Below are positions 1 to 12,140 of a stretch of DNA of 64,000 nucleotides, in pieces; position 1 is the first letter of the stretch; every line of letters begins with the position of its first letter. The DNA comes from Macrostomum lignano (taxonomy: Eukaryota), in assembly GCA_002269645.1 (NCBI GenBank), contig NIVC01001697.1:62001-126000 (forward strand). Reading direction: 5' to 3'. The position numbers were made by a program, and so were the translations under genes. A model generated the notes under the pieces. The model made no database searches. It saw only the letters and a list, made by a program, of their open reading frames with translations, and was not told the DNA's origin.

Positions 1-100
1 AGGACAGGACAGGACAGGACAGGACAGGACAGGACAGGACAGGACAGGACAGGACAGGACAGGACAGGAAAGGACAGGACAGGACAGGACAGAAGAGGAC
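1..100. repeat. (GGACA)n pentanucleotide microsatellite, truncated by window start
   Basis: aggacaggac repeated from base 1, degenerating near 90-100. Confidence 0.95.
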
Positions 101-790
101 AAGACAAGAGAACGGAGACCCTGGCTATGAACATCACGATGAGCCTTACTTGGCACAGAATGCATGCAGTGCAATTCCCCCCGCAGCATCATGCTTGAAT
201 AATTATGTTAATTAGCCACCGCAGCTGAAGAATTGCTGCTAGAAAAAGAAGCTCTCAGAAGATAAAAAGAGTCAACAACAGAAAGTCACTTGTTATGTGA
301 ATATATAGATGGTATAGTTGGGAAGTATTTTGAAGCACTTTTTTTAGACAAAAATCCCACATGAAAAATGGCAGTGTCACCAGCGCTCGGCTCTTGCGTG
401 TCCCACCAATGCAAAAATAACAACTGACAAAATGATGAAGGATGCTGGATCAGGTTCAGCTGCCGTAGAGGCTGTGAAATCCATCCCAGTCGTGAGAGCT
501 CATATGATATTCGTGTCAGCGAAATTTCACTCATAATTGAGTTATTAGGCTCGGCAACTGCTGGCAGATTGATTAATTATGTTGTTGGGAGCTTTCGAGG
601 AACAGCAGACCCGCGAGCGAATCTATGAATACGCTCGTATTTTATACAGAGATTCATCTTTTCTCCGTTTCGCCTACTGAATATCAAGAACGAATTCAAT
701 ATAAATTGAATTGATAGTTGGGGCAATTAGTCTACGCACTGAACACTTGAGGAATCTAAGGGGTTCTAAGGAAATATGAATAACATTGAT

Positions 791-1410
791 GGGGAATCTG
801 GGGATTTGGGGAGTCTGGGGATTTGGGGAATCTGGGGATTTGGGGAATCTGGGGATTTGGGGAATCTGGGGAATTGGGGAATCTGGGGATTTGGGAAATC
901 TGGGGATTTGGGGAATCTGGGGATTTGGGAAATCTGGGGATTTGGGGAATCTGGGGATTTGGGGAATCTGGGGATTTGGGGAATCTGGGGAATTGGGGAA
1001 TCTGGGGATTTGGGGAATCTGGGGATTTTGGGAATCTGGGATTTGGGGAATCTAGGGAGTTAGAGAATCTGGGGATTTGGGGAATCTGGGGTTTTAGGGA
1101 ATCTCGGGATTTGGGGAATCTGGGGATTTGGGGAATCTGGGGATTTGGGGAATCTGGGAATTTAGGGAATCTGATTTGGGTTCTGATTTGGATTTGGGGA
1201 TTTAGGGAATCTGGGGATTTGGGGAATCTGGGAATTTAGGGAATCTGGGGATTTAGGGAATCTGGGGATTTGGGGAATCTGGGGATTTGGGGAATCTGGG
1301 GATTTGGGGAATCTGGGATTTGGGGAATCTGGGGATTTAGGGAATCTGGGGATTTGGGGAATCTGGGATTTGGGGAATCTTGGGATTTGGGGAATGGGGG
1401 GATTCGGGGA
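791..1410. repeat. G-rich minisatellite, 17-bp unit ggggaatct-ggggattt
   Basis: Alternating 9- and 8-bp sub-units, each starting with a G run; source of the GIWGIW ORFs. Confidence 0.95.
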
Positions 1411-1992
1411 ATAAAGATCTAATGTCTTTGAGTCTGTAAAACTATTTTATCTATGTGTTGGGATATTTAAATTTTTGCCACATCGAATATGTAAAATTTG
1501 GATTTCTTTAAAATATATTGACGATTTTTAAGGAATTTCCCAAAGTCTAATAAACCTGAGGAATAATAAAAATTTACAGTTTGTCCTATTCTGATCACTG
1601 CTAGATGGATCATGTTATTGATAGGGGGCCTTGTCTAATGGGGACCGGACTGCCTGTCACCAATCATCTAATTAAGTTTTTGATGTTTTGATGCTGGGAC
1701 TGATGACAGGGAAGAACAGCATTTCTCCAAATCCAAGTCCGGGCATAGGGGGTCGATTGTTTCTTGTCAAAAGTATAATCTCAGATTTTGTTGATTCGGC
1801 TTGACAAGTTGTTTTTAGTGGTTTTTGCAGTTCCCAGCCACCAAGAGTTAACATTTAGCCCAGCTCGAGATCAGAGGTTTCCAATCCAAATTTTATATAT
1901 TAGACATCTTTGATCCGATCCAAATTTGAGCCAGCCGTTTCCGGTTTGAATCCCGGATTTTAGACATCCTTGATTTTGGACAGTTGTTTTTT

Positions 1993-3263
1993 GTCCATGG
2001 TTCGGGTAGCGCTGTACCAGTCCGGACTCTAGATCGTGGAGTCCATGGTTCGGGTGGCCCTGCCCCAATCCAGACACTAGATAGTGGAGTCCATGGATCG
2101 GGTGGCCCTGCCCCAATCCACACTCTAGATCGTGGAGTCCATGGTTCTATGGTAGCGCTGCCCCAATCCAGACACTAGATAGTGGAGTCCATGGATCGGG
2201 TGGCCCTGCCCCAATCCACACTCTAGATCGTGGAGTCCATGGTTCTATGGTAGCGCTGCCCCAATCCAGACACTAGATAGTGGAGTCCATGGATCGGGTG
2301 GCCTGCCCCAATCCACACTCTAGATCGTGGAGTCCATGGTTCTATGGTAGCGCTGCCCCAATCCAGACACTAGATAGTGGAGTCCATGGATCGGGTGGCC
2401 CTGCCCCAATCCACACTCTAGATCGTGGAGTCCATGGTTCTATGGTAGCGCTGCCCCAATCCAGACACTAGATAGTGGAGTCCATGGATCGGGTGGCCCT
2501 GCCCCAATCCAGACACTAGATAGTGGAGTCCATGGATCGGGTGGCCCTGCCCCAATCCAGACACTAAATAGTGGAGTCCATGGTTCAGGTAGCGCTTGCC
2601 CCAATCCAGACACTATATCGTGGAGTCCATGGTTCGGGTGGCCCTGCCCCAATCCAGACACTAGATCGTGGAGTCCATGGATAATGGAGTCCAGCGCTTG
2701 CCCCAATCCAGACACTAGATAGTGGAGTCCATGGATCGGGTGGCCCTGCCCCAATCCAGACACTAGATAGTGGAGTCCATGGTTCGGGTGGCCCTGCCCC
2801 AATCCAGACACTAGATCGTGGAGTCCATGGATAATTGAGTCCAGCGCTTGCCCCAATCCAGACACTAGATAGTGGAGTCCATGGATCGGGTGGCCCTGCC
2901 CCAATCCAGACACTAGATCGTGGAGTCCATGGTTCGGGTGGCCCTGCCCCAATCCAGACACTAGATAGTGGAGTCCATGGTTCGGGTGGCCCTGCCCCAA
3001 TCCAGACACTAGATCGTGGAGTCCATGGATCGGGTGGCCCTGCCCCAATCCAGACACTAGATAGTGGAGTCCATGGTTCGGGTGGCCCTGCCCCAATCCA
3101 GACACTAGATAGTGGAGTCCATGGTTCGGGTGGCCCTGCCCCAATCCAGACACTAGATCGTGGAGTCCATGGATCGGGTGGCCCTGCCCCAATCCAGACA
3201 CTAGATAGTGGAGTCCATGGTTCGGGTGGCCCTGCCCCAATCCAGACACTAGATAGTGGAGTC
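1993..3263. repeat. 48-bp minisatellite (~26 copies)
   Basis: Unit gtccatggttcgggtggccctgccccaatccagacactagatagtgga; 16-aa periodicity in the ORF track. Confidence 0.95.
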
Positions 3264-3660
3264 TTATCTACGAACTGGCGCAGCACGCAAACAGTTTACA
3301 TGAAGAGCGGTTTCACTAACCAAGCCAATTTTGGTGTCGGGCTTAGGCGGGTTAGGCTGCAGGCTGCGGACGGTCCAAGAGCACTTTTTCGTTTAGCACG
3401 TGCCCCAGTTTATCCCTTAGAAGAGTTGACCCAGCTATAACAAATCCTTCTGTTTGCTTTCAGGCTTATGGGACTGGAACTTCGGTTTAAAAAATCCAGT
3501 AGTCTTCGATAACCCCACAGTATTTAATAGAATATAGAATACGTTCAATGTTTTTTTAGTGCTCACATTTAAAGTTTTCAATCTTTCTACTGATTTAAGC
3601 AGGGCCAGGAGTTGTTATACTTCACAAGCTACACGCATTACATGGGGATGAATAGGTTTT

Positions 3661-6600
3661 TGAAGCTTGTGAAGTATCCTGCTTGTGAAGCATTCAGATT
3701 GTGAAGTATCCAGCTTGTGAAGCATTCAGATTGTGAAGTATCCAGCTTGTGAAGTATCCAGCTTGTGAAGTATCCAGCTTGTGAAGCATTCAGATTGTGA
3801 AGTATCCAGATTGTGAAGTATCCTGCTTGTGAAGTATCCAGCTTGTGAAGTATCCTGCTTGTGAAGTATCCAGCTTGTGAAGTATCCAGCTTGTGAAGCA
3901 TTCAGATTGTGAAGTATCCAGATTGTGAAGTATCCTGCTTGTGAAGTATCCAGCTTGTGAAGTATCCTGCTTGTGAAGTATCCAGCTTGTGAAGTATCCA
4001 GATTGTGAAGTATCCAGCTTGTGAAGCATTCAGATTGTGAAGCATTCAGATTGTGAAGTATCCTGCTTGTGAAGTATCCAGCTTGTGAAGTATCCTGCTT
4101 GTGAAGTATCCAGCTTGTGAAGTATCCAGCTTGTGAAGTATCCAGCTTGTGAAGTATCCAGATTGTGAAGTATCCAGCTTGTGAAGCATTCAGATTGTGA
4201 AGCATTCAGATTGTGAAGTATCCAGATTGTGAAGTATTCAGATTGTGAAGTATCCAGCTTGTGAAGTATCCAGCTTGTGAAGTATCCAGCTTGTGAAGTA
4301 TCCAGCTTGTGAAGCATTCAGATTGTGAAGTATTCAGATTGTGAAGTATCCTGCTTGTGAAGTATCCAGCTTGTGAAGTATCCTGCTTGTGAAGTATCCA
4401 GCTTGTGAAGTATCCTGCTTGTGAAGTATCCAGCTTGTGAAGTATCCAGCTTGTGAAGTATCCAGCTTGTGAAGTATCCAGATTGTGAAGTATCCAGCTT
4501 GTGAAGCATTCAGATTGTGAAGCATTCAGATTGTGAAGTATCCAGATTGTGAAGTATTCAGATTGTGAAGTATCCAGCTTGTGAAGTATCCAGCTTGTGA
4601 AGTATCCAGCTTGTGAAGCATTCAGATTGTGAAGTATCCAGATTGTGAAGTATCCTGCTTGTGAAGTATCCAGCTTGTGAAGTATCCTGCTTGTGAAGTA
4701 TCCAGCTTGTGAAGTATCCAGCTTGTGAAGTATCCAGCTTGTGAAGTATCCAGCTTGTGAAGTATCCAGATTGTGAAGTATCCAGCTTGTGAAGCATTCA
4801 GATTGTGAAGTATCCAGATTGTGAAGTATTCAGATTGTGAAGTATCCAGCTTGTGAAGTATCCAGCTTGTGAAGTATCCAGCTTGTGAAGTATCCAGCTT
4901 GTGAAGCATTCAGATTGTGAAGTATCCAGATTGTGAAGTATCCTGCTTGTGAAGTATCCAGCTTGTGAAGTATCCTGCTTGTGAAGTATCCAGCTTGTGA
5001 AGTATCCTGCTTGTGAAGTATCCAGCTTGTGAAGTATCCAGCTTGTGAAGTATCCAGCTTGTGAAGTATCCAGATTGTGAAGTATCCAGCTTGTGAAGCA
5101 TTCAGATTGTGAAGCATTCAGATTGTGAAGTATCCAGATTGTGAAGTATTCAGATTGTGAAGTATCCAGCTTGTGAAGTATCCAGCTTGTGAAGTATCCA
5201 GCTTGTGAAGCATTCAGATTGTGAAGTATCCAGCTTGTGAAGTATCCAGATTGTGAAGTATCCAGCTTGTGAAGCATTCAGATTGTGAAGCATTCAGATT
5301 GTGAAGTATCCAGATTGTGAAGTATTCAGATTGTGAAGTATCCAGATTGTGAAGTATCCTGCTTGTGAAGTATCCAGCTTGTGAAGTATCCAGATTGTGA
5401 AGTATCCAGATTGTGAAGTATCCAGATTGTGAAGTATCCAGATTGTGAAGTATTCAGATTGTGAAGCATTCAGATTGTGAAGTATCCAGATTGTGAAGTA
5501 TTCAGATTGTGAAGTATCCAGATTGTGAAGTATCCTGCTTGTGAAGTATCCAGCTTGTGAAGTATCCAGCTTGTGAAGTATCCAGATTGTGAAGTATCCA
5601 GATTGTGAAGTATCCAGATTGTGAAGTATCCAGATTGTGAAGTATCCAGATTGTGAAGTATCCAGATTGTGAAGTATTCAGATTGTGAAGTATCCAGCTT
5701 GTGAAGTATCAAGCTTGTGAAGTATCCAGATTGTAAAGCATTCAGATTGTGAAGTATCCAGATTGTGAAGTATTCAGATTGTGAAGTATCCAGCTTGTGA
5801 AGTATCCAGCTTGTGAAGTATCCAGATTGTGAAGTATTCAGATTGTGAAGTATCCAGATTGTGAAGTATCCAGATTGTGAAGTATCCAGCTTGTGAAGCA
5901 TTCAGATTGTGAAGTATCCAGCTTGTGAAGTATCCAGCTTGTGAAGTATCCAGCTTGTGAAGTATCCAGCTTGTGAAGTATCCAGATTGTGAAGTATCCA
6001 GATTGTGAAGTATCCAGATTGTGAAGTATCCAGATTGTGAAGTATCCAGCTTGTGAAGCATTCAGATTGTGAAGCATTCAGATTGTGAAGTATCCAGATT
6101 GTGAAGTATCCAGATTGTGAAGTATCCAGCTTGTGAAGTATCCAGATTGTGAAGTATCCAGATTGTGAAGTATCCAGATTGTGAAGTATCCAGATTGTGA
6201 AGCATTCAGATTGTGAAGTATCCAGCTTGTGAAGCATTCAGATTGTGAAGTGTTCAGATTGTGAAGCATTCAGATTGTGAAGTATCCAGCTTGTGAAGCA
6301 TTCAGATTGTGAAGTGTTCAGATTGTGAAGCATTCAGATTGTGAAGTATCCAGATTGCGAAGCATTCAGATTGTGAAGTATTCAGATTGTGAAGTATTCA
6401 GATTGTGAAGCATTCAGATTGTGAAGCATTCAGATTGTGAAGCATTCAGATTGTGAAGCATTCAGATTGTGAAGTATTCAGATTGTGAAGTATCCAGCTT
6501 GTGAAGCATTCAGATTGTGAAGTATCCAGATTGTGAAGTATTCAGATTGTGAAGTATCCAGATTGTGAAGTATCCAGATTGTGAAGTATCCAGCTTGTGA

Positions 6601-7829
6601 AGCATTCAGATTGTGAAGCATTCAGATTGTGAAGTATCCAGCTTGTGAAGCATTCAGATTGTGAAGTATCCAGATTGTGAAGTATTCAGATTGTGAAGTA
6701 TCCAGATTGTGAAGTATTCAGATTGTGAAGTATCCAGCTTGTGAAGCATTCAGATTGTGAAGTATCCAGATTGTGAAGCATTCAGATTGTGAAGTATCCA
6801 GCTTGTGAAGTATCCAGATTGTGAAGCATTCAGATTGTGAAGCATTCAGATTGTGAAGCATTCAGATTGTGAAGTATCCAGATTGTGAAGTATCCAGATT
6901 GTGAAGTATCCAGCTTGTGAAGTATCCAGATTGTGAAGTATCCAGCTTGTGAAGTATCCAGATTGTGAAGTATCCAGATTGTGAAGTATCCAGCTTGTGA
7001 AGCATTCAGATTGTGAAGCATTCAGATTGTGAAGTATCCAGATTGTGAAGTATCCAGCTTGTGAAGTATCCAGCTTGTGAAGTATCCAGATTGTGAAGTA
7101 TCCAGATTGTGAAGTATCCAGCTTGTGAAGTATCCAGCTTGTGAAGTATCCAGATTGTGAAGTATTCAGATTGTGAAGTATCCAGCTTGTGAAGTATTCA
7201 GATTGTGAAGTATCCAGATTGTGAAGCATTCAGATTGTGAAGTATCCAGCTTGTGAAGCATTCAAATTGTGAAGCATTCAGATTGTGAAGTGTTCAGATT
7301 GTGAAGTATCCAGCTTGTGAAGTATCCAGCTTGTGAAGCATCCAGCTTGTGAAGCATTCAGATTGTGAAGCATTCAGATTGTGAAGCATTCAGATTGTGA
7401 AGTATTCAGATTGTGAAGTATCCAGCTTGTGAAGTATCCAGCTTGTGAAGCATCCAGCTTGTGAAGCATTCAGATTGTGAAGCATTCAGATTGTGAAGCA
7501 TTCAGATTGTGAAGTATTCAGATTGTGAAGTATCCAGCTTGTGAAGTATCCAGCTTGTGAAGTATCCAGCTTGTGAAGCATTCAGATTGTGAAGCATTCA
7601 GATTGTGAAGTATCCAGATTGTGAAGTATCCAGCTTGTGAAGTATCCAGCTTGTGAAGTATCCAGATTGTGAAGTATCCAGATTGTGAAGTATCCAGATT
7701 GTGAAGTATCCAGATTGTGAAGTATCCAGATTGTGAAGTATCCAGATTGTGAAGCATTCAGATTGTGAAGTATCCAGCTTGTGAAGCATTTAGATTGTGA
7801 AGTGTTCAGATTGTGAAGTATCCAGATTG
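3661..7829. repeat. 16-bp satellite (~260 copies), tgtgaagtatccagct / tgtgaagcattcagat variants
   Basis: Continuous 16-bp periodicity with a small set of variant units; resumes briefly at 8016-8056. Confidence 0.97.
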
Positions 7830-8015
7830 CGAGACTGAGAGTGCCTAAAAACGGAGTGACAGACTGAGAGTGCCTGAAAACGGAGTGACAGACTGAGAGT
7901 GCCTGAAAACGGAGTGACAGACTGAGAGTGCCTAAAAACGGAGTGACAGACTGAGAGTGCCTGAAAACGGAGTGACAGACTGAGAGTGCCTGAAAACGGA
8001 GTGACAGACTGAGAG
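7830..8015. repeat. 29-bp repeat island (~6 copies) inside the end of the 16-bp satellite
   Basis: Unit gactgagagtgcctgaaaacggagtgaca, same as 9118-10575. Confidence 0.9.
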
Positions 8016-8475
8016 TGAAGCATTCAGATTGCGAAGCATTCAGATTGTGAAGCATTTAGCTTGGTAAGAATTGAACTTGTTTGAAATTTGAATTTGAAAA
8101 TTTGAAATTCTGCTAGTGCATCGCAATGGAAACCAGCAGATTAAATCATGAAATTTGCACCGGGTTTGGCCGTGAAGCCTTCTGTCCTATATGCTACAGA
8201 AGGCAGGCAGTTGTCACGTGACCACTTGTTATCTGAACTAACTGAATATAAAACCTCACAGACTGTATACGCCATAGGAGTATAAAATATGCATTTTCCT
8301 CTACTTCATACATCGCAGGTTCAGTGAATAGCAGCAATATCCTTTAGAAGTTCCGGTCAAAGCCATCAATTGGCGGCCCAGCAACTAAAGCTGACTGACT
8401 GGATGCAAGGAGACCCAAAACAGCATCTGGAGCTACCTTAATCCTCATCTTCCAATTCCGAATCCAGTCAGGGTG

Positions 8476-9117
8476 CCCCTGTCTCTTGGTGGGCGCCCTC
8501 TGTCTCTTGGTTGGGCGCCCCTGTCTCTTGGTGTGCCCCCTATCTCTTGGTGTGCCCTCTGTCTCTTGGTGGGCGCCCCTGTCTCTTGGTGCCCCCCTGT
8601 CTCTTGGTGGGTGCCCCTGTCTTTTGGTGGGCCCCCCTGTCTCTTGGTGGGTGCCCCTGTCTCTTGGTGGCCCCCCCCCTGTCTCTTGGTGGGTGCACCT
8701 GTCTCTTGGTGGACCCCCCTGTCTCTTGGTGGGTGCCCCTGTCTCTTGGTGGGTGCCCCTGTCTCTTGGTGGCCCCCCCTGTCTCTTGGTGTGCCCTCTG
8801 TCTCTTGGTGGGCGCCCCTGTCTCTTGGTGCCCCCCTGTCTCTTGGTGGGTGCCCCTGTCTTTTGGTGGGCCCCCCTGTCTCTTGGTGGGTGCCCCTGTC
8901 TCTTGGTGGCCCCCCCTGTCTCTTGGTGGGTGCACCTGTCTCTTGGTGGACCCCCCTGTCTCTTGGTGCCCCCCCTGTCTCTTGGTGGGTGCACCTGTCT
9001 CTTGGTGGACCCCCCTGTCTCTTGGTGGCCCCCCCCTGTCTCTTGGTCGGCGCCCTCTGTCTCTTGGTGGCCCCCTGTCTCTTGGTGACCCCCTGTCTCT
9101 TGGTGTGCCCCCTGTCT
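8476..9117. repeat. ~19-21-bp minisatellite, core ccctgtctcttggtgg
   Basis: Conserved core ctgtctcttggtg with variable gc-rich linkers. Confidence 0.93.
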
Positions 9118-10575
9118 CGGAGTGACAGACTGAGAGTGCCTAAAAACGGAGTGACAGACTGAGAGTGCCTGAAAACGGAGTGACAGACTGAGAGTGCCTG
9201 AAAACGGAGTGACAGACTGAGAGTGCCTGAAAACGGAGTGACAGACTGAGAGTGCCTGAAAACGGAGTGACAGACTGAGAGTGCCTGAAAACGGAGTGAC
9301 AGACTGAGAGTGCCTAAAAACGGAGTGACAGACTGAGAGTGCCTGAAAACGGAGTGACAGACTGAGAGTGCCTGAAAACGGAGTGACAGACTGAGAGTGC
9401 CTGAAAACGGAGTGACAGACTGAGAGTGCCTGAAAACGGAGTGACAGACTGAGAGTGCCTGAAAACGGAGTGACAGACTGAGAGTGCCTAAAAACGGAGT
9501 GACAGACTGAGAGTGCCTGAAAACGGAGTGACAGACTGAGAGTGCCTGAAAACGGAGTGACAGACTGAGAGTGCCTAAAAACGGAGTGACAGACTGAGAG
9601 TGCCTGAAAACGGAGTGACAGACTGAGAGTGCCTGAAAACGGAGTGACAGACTGAGAGTGCCTGAAAACGGAGTGACAGACTGAGAGTGCCTAAAAACGG
9701 AGTGACAGACTGAGAGTGCCTGAAAACGGAGTGACAGACTGAGAGTGCCTGAAAACGGAGTGACAGACTGAGAGTGCCTGAAAACGGAGTGACAGACTGA
9801 GAGTGCCTAAAAACGGAGTGACAGACTGAGAGTGCCTGAAAACGGAGTGACAGACTGAGAGTGCCTAAAAACGGAGTGACAGACTGAGAGTGCCTAAAAA
9901 CGGAGTGACAGACTGAGAGTGCCTGAAAACGGAGTGACAGACTGAGAGTGCCTGAAAACGGAGTGACAGACTGAGAGTGCCTGAAAACGGAGTGACAGAC
10001 TGAGAGTGCCTAAAAACGGAGTGACAGACTGAGAGTGCCTAAAAACGGAGTGACAGACTGAGAGTGCCTGAAAACGGAGTGACAGACTGAGAGTGCCTGA
10101 AAACGGAGTGACAGACTGAGAGTGCCTGAAAACGGAGTGACAGACTGAGAGTGCCTGAAAACGGAGTGACAGACTGAGAGTGCCTGAAAACGGAGTGACA
10201 GACTGAGAGTGCCTAAAAACGGAGTGACAGACTGAGAGTGCCTGAAAACGGAGTGACAGACTGAGAGTGCCTGAAAACGGAGTGACAGACTGAGAGTGCC
10301 TGAAAACGGAGTGACAGACTGAGAGTGCCTGAAAACGGAGTGACAGACTGAGAGTGCCTGAAAACGGAGTGACAGACTGAGAGTGCCTAAAAACGGAGTG
10401 ACAGACTGAGAGTGCCTGAAAACGGAGTGACAGACTGAGAGTGCCTGAAAACGGAGTGACAGACTGAGAGTGCCTAAAAACGGAGTGACAGACTGAGAGT
10501 GCCTGAAAACGGAGTGACAGACTGAGAGTGCCTGAAAACGGAGTGACAGACTGAGAATGCCTGAAAACGGAGTGA
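9118..10575. repeat. 29-bp minisatellite (~50 copies)
   Basis: Near-perfect head-to-tail units (only cctg/ccta variation), no spacers. Confidence 0.97.
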
Positions 10576-11343
10576 GTGAGCCGCAGACGCAGCCGAAGGG
10601 GATTAGTGAACAATGATTATCATACAGGAAAATCGACATAAATTTTGCCAAGCTGCTTTGTGAATCAAATCACAAAAAACTGAGTCAGCGTACGACTCAC
10701 TGAGCTTCTCTATCAGCCATTGTTTATTAAATAAAAAGGTTCCACCGTGACAGTTGAACCCTGAACAGCTTCGCTGGCAATCTGCCTTGTGCGGAGCGCG
10801 GAGACAATGGGAGAGGAGGGATGAGGGAGATTAGGGAGAAGAAAATGGGAGGGATTTAGAAGGGGGTGGAAAATTATCTATGAGATCGACGGCGAAAGGC
10901 ATGCAGCAAGCATGCCAGTAGTGTTTATAAGCATAAGGACCCGGGTTCTCTGGTTGCCCGGGACTTAGACCAGCAGCTCAGCCTCATTCATAATCCATCT
11001 CCCCTCCCCTTCACTGCAGCAGTGCAGTAATCCATCGAATCCAAATCCATCGTCCGTTGTAAATTCCTACAGAATGGGAATTTCTGCCCTGCTTCCTGAA
11101 GCCTCAGCCATCGGCTCAGCTCTGTCTTTTCCGGCTGGCAGCTCGAGAGTTAGAACTGCCATTTCTTTCTTCATCTTTTAGAGTCCAGCTTCCTTATACC
11201 AGTAGCTGGTATAGAAAGTATATTCAGTTTTAGTATTGAGGGTACTGATTGACGTCCTAGTGAGCCTGCAAAACAATATGACTTTATTTATGCATAGTTG
11301 GCGAAAACAAAAATGAACGGCCTGGGTACAGTAACAACTGTCC

Positions 11344-11610
11344 ATAGACTAGACTGTCTCTGCCGTGTTTGGCCATAGGCTGTCTCTGCCGTGTTTGGCC
11401 ATAGACTGTCTCTGCCGTGTTTGGCCATAGACTGTCTCTGCCGTGTTTGGCCATAGACTGTCTCTGCCGTGTTTGGTCATAGACTGTCTCTGCCGTGTTT
11501 GGCCATAGGCTGTCTCTGCCGTGTTTGGCCATAGACTGTCTCTGCCGTGTTTGGCCATAGACTGTCTCTGCCGTGTTTGGCCATAGACTGTCCTTCCCTG
11601 TTTGACCATA
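11344..11610. repeat. 26-bp minisatellite (~10 copies)
   Basis: Unit atagactgtctctgccgtgtttggcc. Confidence 0.93.
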
Positions 11611-11632
11611 GACTTCACTTGGTCAATTGCGG

Positions 11633-11897
11633 CTGTGTGCACCCTGACGCACTTTAAGCGACATTGTCACACAACCGGTGAGAGGCATTGCTGCCCATTC
11701 CGCCGACTGCCCTGAGCAGGCACACAAGCGCGCGGATACGTACGCAGTCATACGCACAGGCACACACTCACACAGGAGTGTAAAGCGGCCCTAACTTTAT
11801 TTATCGTTAGGCACGTACTTGAACCTTGAAAGGTGGTTGATTCCAATTTAGCCCAAAATGAACGCGACTGCATTTGGAATCGAGCCTGGGCCGCTGG
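11633..11897 (-). mobile_element. Dispersed interspersed repeat, copy 1 (possibly tRNA-derived SINE)
   Basis: Homologous to 40768-41033: shares ctgtgtgcaccctg, cactttaagcg, ttgtcacacaaccgg, ctgcccattccgccgac, attccaatttagccc and ttggaatcgagcctgggccgctgg. The minus strand carries a B-box-like ggctcgattcc. Confidence 0.6.
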
Positions 11898-12140
11898 TGG
11901 CGAGTTCGGTAGTTTTCAGATGTTTTTACTGCGGTAACAATCTATAGAGTCCTTCCTTAAACCATAGATGCAGAGAACATGCAGATGGACGGAGACTGCA
12001 CTGGTTGCGGATAAACCACCATGCGATTTCATGCATATTTAGCGATGATAGCGATATTATTGACCATTCCCTAATCTTTCCCAGCTAAGTTCATGCGTTT
12101 GTAAGCGACTCAAATTTGGTAAGTTTATAAGCGGGGCCAG

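Noticed and set aside
9118-10575. 29-bp repeat as a CRISPR array
   Set aside because: Units are head-to-tail with no spacers, there are no cas genes, and the context is eukaryotic.
2440-10651. Numerous repetitive ORFs in the first 11 kb
   Set aside because: All mirror minisatellite periodicity and have no domain content.
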